Shown here one piece after another: positions 58,450 through 64,000 of a DNA stretch of 64,000 nt (positions are counted from its first letter, which is position 1; every line of letters starts with the position of its first letter). Both the position numbers and the translations under genes were made by a program. The stretch is taken from assembly GCA_017397315.1 (NCBI GenBank), contig JAFQJA010000019.1, positions 33,690-97,689 on the forward strand, in the 5' to 3' direction. This DNA comes from Clostridia bacterium. GTDB lineage: Bacteria > Bacillota > Clostridia > Monoglobales > Firm-18. Below the pieces are notes generated by a model. The model had not been told where the DNA came from. It searched no databases and saw only the letters and a program-made list of their open reading frames with translations.

Positions 58450-59619
58450 TTAAAAACTAACTTCGTTGCCGTAAAATGCACAAGTAAGAATTCGTTTTAT
58501 ATCTTCTGCTTCTGCCTTTCTCGGATTACTGAATGTGCATGGGTCAAGTGCGGCGTTTTTACTGATCTCGTCAACCTTTTCTAAAAAGTGTTTCTCTGTT
58601 ACGCCTGACTCGTTAAAGGACTGTTTAATGTTCAGCCGTTTATTAAGTGCTTTAATTTCTTTTACCAAAGAGTTAGTCAGTTGCTTGTCAGTCCTGCCTT
58701 GCAGTCCCATTATTTTAGCAATATGGGCAAATCTGTCGCACACATTTTTCTCATTATACTGAATTACATAAGGAAGTAAAAGGGCGTTACAGCAGCCGTG
58801 AGGAATATCAAATTCGGCACCTGTCTTATGAGCCATACTGTGAACAATACCCAAAAGCGCATTTGAAAACGCCATACCTGCCATACATTGTGCAAGGTGT
58901 ACTTTTGCACCTGCATCTTTACTACCGTTATAAAATGCTTCTAAATTTTCATATATCATTGAAATTGCATAAATTGCAAGTGAGTCAGTTACGGGGTTTG
59001 ACGCAGTAGAAGTATATGCTTCGATTGCGTGAGTTAAGGCATCCATTCCTGTATGTGCAATCAGTTGTTTATGCATTGTAAGAGGAATTTTATAGTCAAG
59101 TATTGCAATATCAGGAGTAATTTCATAGTCTGCAAGAGGGTATTTTATATTTGTTGAATAGTCTGTTATTACAGAAAAAGCAGTTACTTCAGTCGCCGTA
59201 CCGCTTGTTGATGGGATTGCCACAAATATTGCTTTTTTTCTTAACGGTGGTATGGAGAATGGTTCTTTAATATCGTCAAAAGTCAGTTCGGGATGCTCGT
59301 AAAAAATCCACATTGCTTTTGCAGCGTCAATAGGTGAACCACCCCCTATTGAAACAATAACATCAGGTTGAAATTCCTGCATAACCTTTGCACCTTTGTA
59401 AACTGTTTCTATTGACGGGTCAGGCTCAACACCTTCAATAAGTTTTGTTTCAAGACCTGCTTCTTTTAAAAGTTTATCCGTTTCTTCCAAGAACCCGTGT
59501 TTTTGCATAGCACTTCCGCCTGTTACAATTACGGCTCTTTTATATCCTTTTAGTGTTTTCAAATTTTCAAGAGCATTTTCACCGAAGTAAATATCTCTTG
59601 GCAATGTAAATCTTGGCAT
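58450..59619 (-). CDS. Iron-containing alcohol dehydrogenase (NADPH-dependent butanol dehydrogenase-like)
   Basis: MPRFTLPRDIYFG, GGGSPIDAAK, PSTSGTATEVT, DALTHAIE and HSMAH. Confidence 0.93.
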   Translation of the reverse strand: MPRFTLPRDIYFGENALENLKTLKGYKRAVIVTGGSAMQKHGFLEETDKLLKEAGLETKLIEGVEPDPSIETVYKGAKVMQEFQPDVIVSIGGGSPIDAAKAMWIFYEHPELTFDDIKEPFSIPPLRKKAIFVAIPSTSGTATEVTAFSVITDYSTNIKYPLADYEITPDIAILDYKIPLTMHKQLIAHTGMDALTHAIEAYTSTASNPVTDSLAIYAISMIYENLEAFYNGSKDAGAKVHLAQCMAGMAFSNALLGIVHSMAHKTGAEFDIPHGCCNALLLPYVIQYNEKNVCDRFAHIAKIMGLQGRTDKQLTNSLVKEIKALNKRLNIKQSFNESGVTEKHFLEKVDEISKNAALDPCTFSNPRKAEAEDIKRILTCAFYGNEVSF

Positions 59620-59764
59620 ATACTGTTCTCCTTTATATAGTTTGTTATTATTATTTATAAGGAACAGTAGATTTATTCATAAGCGAATCTGCAAAATTGC
59701 CTGAAATTTATTATAAGATTATGAAACGCTATTTTTTTAAATGTGGTTTTATATAGCGCTAATT

Positions 59765-59795
59765 AAAATGCTCGGGTCTCTGACCCGAGCATTTT
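59765..59795 (-). terminator. Intrinsic terminator after ruvA
   Basis: AAAATGCTCGGGTC-TCT-GACCCGAGCATTTT. Confidence 0.85.
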
Positions 59796-59796
59796 T

Positions 59797-60369
59797 TTAT
59801 ATAAACTGTTTTAATGCAAATTTGATTGTGTCTTCTACGGACAAATCTTTTGGTGCTTTGGAAACTGCCGCCACAGCGTCGTTGAACGAATAGCCGAGAG
59901 CGGTCAGTGCCGTTACCGCCTCATTTTCTGCAGAAGCGGAAGAAGATGGATTTTCGTCAACTGCAAAGGTTGTTTTACTGCTTACCTTATCTTTCAATTC
60001 CAAAATAATTCTTTGTGCAAGTTTTGGGCCTACACCCTGAGCTGCAGATATTGCTTTGGGATTGTTTGTTACAACTGCAACAGAAAGATTATTTGGAGAC
60101 AAAACAGACAAAATACTGATTGCGGCTTTTGGCCCTACACCGCTTACCGAAATAAGAAGTTCGAACGCGCCTCTCTGTTCCATTGTGGGGAAACCGTACA
60201 GTTCAAAAATATCTTCTTTTACATAAAGGTAGGTGTAAAAAATTACCCTTTCTCCCTTACCTTTTAGGTTATCGGAAGAAGTAGTGATTTTATAACCTAT
60301 GCCGTTTGATTCGATTACAACATAATTATCGCCGATATAAGCAAGTTCGCCTTTTATATATTCATACAT
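59797..60369 (-). CDS. ruvA: Holliday junction DNA-binding protein RuvA
   Basis: MYEYIKG, LYGF, VSGVGPK, GVGPKLAQRIILELKDK and ALTALGY. Confidence 0.96.
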   Translation of the reverse strand: MYEYIKGELAYIGDNYVVIESNGIGYKITTSSDNLKGKGERVIFYTYLYVKEDIFELYGFPTMEQRGAFELLISVSGVGPKAAISILSVLSPNNLSVAVVTNNPKAISAAQGVGPKLAQRIILELKDKVSSKTTFAVDENPSSSASAENEAVTALTALGYSFNDAVAAVSKAPKDLSVEDTIKFALKQFI

Positions 60370-60371
60370 AT

Positions 60372-60863
60372 TTAATTGCCTCCTTTTAAAATAGAGTAAT
60401 TAGTGTGAGCGTGGCATACTGCGATTGCAAGAGCGTCTGCAGTATCGTCAGGTTTTGGTACTTCATGTAATTTTAGTATTGATTTAACCATTTGCTGTAC
60501 CTGATTCTTTTCTGCTCTGCCGTAACCAACGACGCCTTGTTTTACCTGGAGGGGTGTATACTCATAAACAGGTATATTTTTATTCTGTGCCGCAAGTATT
60601 AAAACGCCCCTTGCCTGTCCTACCGCAATGGCAGTTTTGGCGTTATTGTTGAAAAATAATTCTTCAATTGCTACCTGGTCAGGTTTATATTTATCTATTA
60701 TGTAGCACATATCGTCATAAACCATTTTGAGACGAAAAGGAAGAGGAGTGTGTGCGGGGCTTGTTACCGTACCGTAATCCACAACTTTGAAGTTTACGCC
60801 GTCATATTCTATTATCCCAAAACCCACAATAGCAATACCGGGGTCAATTCCTAAAATTTTCAT
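60372..60863 (-). CDS. ruvC: Crossover junction endodeoxyribonuclease RuvC
   Basis: ILGIDPG, AIEELFF, GQARGV, YTPLQVK and DDTADALA. Confidence 0.97.
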   Translation of the reverse strand: MKILGIDPGIAIVGFGIIEYDGVNFKVVDYGTVTSPAHTPLPFRLKMVYDDMCYIIDKYKPDQVAIEELFFNNNAKTAIAVGQARGVLILAAQNKNIPVYEYTPLQVKQGVVGYGRAEKNQVQQMVKSILKLHEVPKPDDTADALAIAVCHAHTNYSILKGGN

Positions 60864-60946
60864 TGATAACTCCTTGATTTTTATATGTTTATTTGATATA
60901 ATATTTAATTATAATAATTATATCACTAATTGGAGGTTTTTTCAAT

Positions 60947-62155
60947 ATGTCAAAAGAAAAAGTTGTTCTTGCTTATTCCGGCGGTCTTGACACATCAATC
61001 ATCATTCCGTGGCTTAAGGAAAATTACGACTACGAAGTAATTGCTGTATGCGGTGATGTTGGTCAGGGAAAAGAAACAGATGGTCTTGAAGAAAAAGCAC
61101 TGAAAACCGGTGCTTCAAAGTTATACATAGAAAATTTGCAGGAGGAATATGTAACAGATTATATCTGGCCTACACTAAAAGCTCAAGCAGTTTACGAGGG
61201 TAAATACCTTTTAGGCACTTCTCACGCAAGACCGTGTATTGCTAAAAGAATTGTAGAAATTGCTCTTGCAGAAGGTGCTACCGCAATTTGTCATGGTTGC
61301 ACAGGTAAAGGTAACGACCAGGTTAGATTTGAGTTGACTATAAAAGCATTGGCTCCGCATATGAAGATTATTGCTCCGTGGAGAATCTGGGACATTAAAT
61401 CAAGAGAAGAAGAGATAGAATATGCTATGGCGAGAAACATTCCTGTTCCTGTTACTAAAGAAGATAATTACAGTATGGACAGAAATATCTGGCACCTATC
61501 ACACGAGGGAATGGATCTGGAAGACCCTGCAAACGAACCTAAATTAGATAAAATATTAAAACTAATCACTCCTCCCGAAAAAGCGCCTGACAAACCAACA
61601 TATATTGAAATTGGTTTTGAAAAAGGTATTCCTGTGTCAATTGACGGTGTTAAATACGGAGCAGTTGAATTGCTTACAAAACTTAACAAAGTTGCCGGCG
61701 AAAACGGTATCGGTATCGACGATATAGTTGAAAACCGTCTTGTTGGTATGAAGAGTAGAGGTGTATACGAAACTCCGGGTGGTACAGTTTTATATGCAGC
61801 TCACAAAGAACTTGAATACTTGTGTCTTGACAAAATGACACTTCACTACAAAGAACAAATATCATCAAAATTTGCAGAACTTGTATATGACGGGTTATGG
61901 TTTACTCCTCTTCGAGAGGCCTTGTCTGCATTTGTTGATAAGACACAGGAAACTGTTACAGGTACAGTCAGATTAAAACTGTATAAAGGTGTTTGCTCAC
62001 CAGCGGGTGCTAAATCACCATATTCACTATACAGCGAAGAAATGGCTACATTTAACGAAGACGAGGTATATAACCAAAAAGATTCAGAAGGATTTATCAA
62101 CTTGTTTGGTTTGCCATTAAAGGTAAGAGCGATGCTGTTTAACAAAGACAAGTAA
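60947..62155 (+). CDS. argG: Argininosuccinate synthase
   Basis: [23 protein letters not shown] and [10 protein letters not shown]. Confidence 0.98.
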   Translation: MSKEKVVLAYSGGLDTSIIIPWLKENYDYEVIAVCGDVGQGKETDGLEEKALKTGASKLYIENLQEEYVTDYIWPTLKAQAVYEGKYLLGTSHARPCIAKRIVEIALAEGATAICHGCTGKGNDQVRFELTIKALAPHMKIIAPWRIWDIKSREEEIEYAMARNIPVPVTKEDNYSMDRNIWHLSHEGMDLEDPANEPKLDKILKLITPPEKAPDKPTYIEIGFEKGIPVSIDGVKYGAVELLTKLNKVAGENGIGIDDIVENRLVGMKSRGVYETPGGTVLYAAHKELEYLCLDKMTLHYKEQISSKFAELVYDGLWFTPLREALSAFVDKTQETVTGTVRLKLYKGVCSPAGAKSPYSLYSEEMATFNEDEVYNQKDSEGFINLFGLPLKVRAMLFNKDK

Positions 62156-62176
62156 TTTTGGAAGGAATGAAATAAT

Positions 62177-63523
62177 ATGAAATTATGGGGTGGGCGGTTT
62201 TCGAAAGAAACCGATTCATTGGTAGATGATTTTAACTCTTCCATAAGATTTGATGCAAGAATGTACAGGCAGGACATAGAGGGTAGCATTGCCCACGCAA
62301 CTATGCTTGGGAAACAGGAAATTATCCCCTATGAAAACAGCGTACTTATTGTTAAAACACTAAACGAAATTCTTGCCGATATAGAAGACGGAAAGGTAGA
62401 ATTTTCTGTTAATGCAGAAGACATTCATATGAATGTTGAAAAAATACTGATTGAGCGTATTGGCGATGTAGGTAAGCAACTCCACACGGGAAGAAGCAGA
62501 AATGACCAGGTTGCTCTTGATTTAAGACTTTATTTAAGAGAACAATGCGACCATATCTGTGATATGTTAATGGAACTTACAAAGTCATTAAAAGCACTTG
62601 CAGGTAAAAATATTTCGGTTATTATGCCGGGATATACACATTTGCAAAAAGCACAGCCGATTTTGTTTTCCCATCATTTACTTGCATATCTTGAAATGTA
62701 TAAAAGGGATATATCAAGACTTCGTGAATGCCGTGAAAGATTAAATATTTCACCTTTGGGAAGCGGTGCTCTTGCAGGTACAACATATCCTTTAGACCGC
62801 GAATATGTAGCCGAAATGCTTAATATGGATGGTGTTACGGTTAACAGTTTAGATGGTGTTTCAGACAGAGACTTTGCAATAGAAGTATGTTTTGTTATGA
62901 GTATGATAATGATGCACACTTCTCGTTTTGCAGAAGAAATAATACTTTGGTCCAGTAACGAATTCGGTTTCGTTGAACTGGACGACGCGTTTTCAACGGG
63001 AAGCAGTATTATGCCACAAAAGAAAAACCCTGATGTGGCAGAACTTGCAAGAGGAAAGACAGGCAGAGTTTACGGTGATTTGATTGCACTATTAACTGTT
63101 ATGAAAGGTTTACCGCTTGCATATAACAAAGATATGCAGGAGGACAAAGAACAGGTGTTTGATGCAGTTGATACTGTTAAAATGACATTGCCTGTATTTA
63201 CTAAAATGATTGAAACAATGACAGTAAATGCAGATGCAATGAGAAATGCCGCTTTGAAAGGCTTTACAAATGCTACCGACGCGGCAGATTATCTTGTTAA
63301 AAAAGGTATGCCGTTTCGTGATGCACATAAAGTAATAGGAGAAATTGTTGCATACTGTATAAAAAGTAACAAAGCCATTGAAGAAATGTCTATTGGTGAA
63401 TTTAAAAGTTTCTCCGAGATGTTTGAAAACGATATTTACGAGGCGGTATCTTTAGAAAATTGTGTTAATCTTCGCGATGTAACAGGCGGAACTGCAACAA
63501 ATCAAGTAAAACAACAGTTATAA
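62177..63523 (+). CDS. argH: Argininosuccinate lyase
   Basis: [16 protein letters not shown] and [12 protein letters not shown]. Confidence 0.98.
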   Translation: MKLWGGRFSKETDSLVDDFNSSIRFDARMYRQDIEGSIAHATMLGKQEIIPYENSVLIVKTLNEILADIEDGKVEFSVNAEDIHMNVEKILIERIGDVGKQLHTGRSRNDQVALDLRLYLREQCDHICDMLMELTKSLKALAGKNISVIMPGYTHLQKAQPILFSHHLLAYLEMYKRDISRLRECRERLNISPLGSGALAGTTYPLDREYVAEMLNMDGVTVNSLDGVSDRDFAIEVCFVMSMIMMHTSRFAEEIILWSSNEFGFVELDDAFSTGSSIMPQKKNPDVAELARGKTGRVYGDLIALLTVMKGLPLAYNKDMQEDKEQVFDAVDTVKMTLPVFTKMIETMTVNADAMRNAALKGFTNATDAADYLVKKGMPFRDAHKVIGEIVAYCIKSNKAIEEMSIGEFKSFSEMFENDIYEAVSLENCVNLRDVTGGTATNQVKQQL

Positions 63524-63535
63524 AGGAGAAAAAAT

Positions 63536-64000
63536 ATGAGCAAGCCTATAGTTACAATAAAAATGGAGCAAGGAGGAGTTATTAAAGCAGAACTTTATCC
63601 TGAAATTGCTCCAAATACAGTTAATAATTTTATTTCATTAGTTAACAAAGGATTTTATAACGGACTTATTTTCCACCGTGTAATAGACGGTTTTATGATT
63701 CAGGGCGGAGACCCCAATGGAATAGGAATAGGCGGTCCCGGTTATACAATTAAAGGAGAGTTTACTTCTAACGGATTTAAAAATACCCTTGCTCACAAAA
63801 GAGGCGTACTTTCTATGGCGCGTTCTATGAACAAGGATAGTGCGGGAAGTCAGTTCTTTATTATGGTGGAGGACGCCCCTCATCTTGATGGTGAATATGC
63901 TTCTTTTGGTTGTGTTATTGAGGGGATGGAAACTGTTGATACTATTGTTTCTGCTAAACGCGATATGCGTGATAAACCAATCATTGACCAGGTAATGGCT
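63536..64000 (+). CDS. Cyclophilin-type peptidyl-prolyl cis-trans isomerase; 3' end lies outside the window
   Basis: SD AAGGAG; MSKPIVTIKME...APNTVNNF...FHRVIDGFMIQGGDP...SAGSQFFI; open to the window end. Confidence 0.93.
   Translation, partial: MSKPIVTIKMEQGGVIKAELYPEIAPNTVNNFISLVNKGFYNGLIFHRVIDGFMIQGGDPNGIGIGGPGYTIKGEFTSNGFKNTLAHKRGVLSMARSMNKDSAGSQFFIMVEDAPHLDGEYASFGCVIEGMETVDTIVSAKRDMRDKPIIDQVMA

Noticed and set aside
59641-59660. Full Rex operator upstream of adh
   Set aside because: Only one half site resembles TTGTTAA-N4-TTAACAA.
485-63883. Numerous 60-160 aa antisense or alternate-frame ORFs in the track
   Set aside because: They overlap well-identified genes, lack SD sequences or recognisable motifs, and are typical shadow ORFs.
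1-64000. CRISPR arrays, tRNA or rRNA genes, transposases
   Set aside because: No regularly spaced direct repeats, cloverleaf or rRNA signatures, or transposase ORFs were seen by eye.

Overview
Mostly core-genome window from a low-GC, spore-forming Clostridia-type Firmicute. Gene order: rseP-ispG-polC-rnmV-murJ/spoVB-ruvB; aroA; lepA-hemW-hrcA-grpE-dnaK-dnaJ-prmA; a GH3/GH94/HPr-like carbohydrate cluster; mtaB-DUF2232-gdpP-rplI-dnaB-tilS-hpt-ftsH; an aromatic amino-acid-type ABC importer; spoVAD/AE; a Clp ATPase; dnaD/dnaC-like genes; rplS-lepB-rbgA-rnhB-yraN; spoIIM-xerD-dacF; adh; ruvCA; argGH; a cyclophilin. I saw no transposase, prophage, CRISPR array, rRNA or tRNA. The best signals are non-coding. 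(1) Two diverged copies (19262-19497, 34025-34279) of a 236/255-bp element with terminal inverted repeats and compensatory base changes, each between a gene end and a terminator. (2) A TRAP-type (G/U)AG-NN attenuator in front of the ABC importer. (3) A promoter-driven, insulated hairpin sRNA candidate next to dacF. (4) An in-frame TAA early in dnaK. (5) An unannotated 48-aa ORF sharing a mirror-symmetric promoter/RBS with spoVAD. All calls come from reading the sequence by eye; no searches or folding programs were run.
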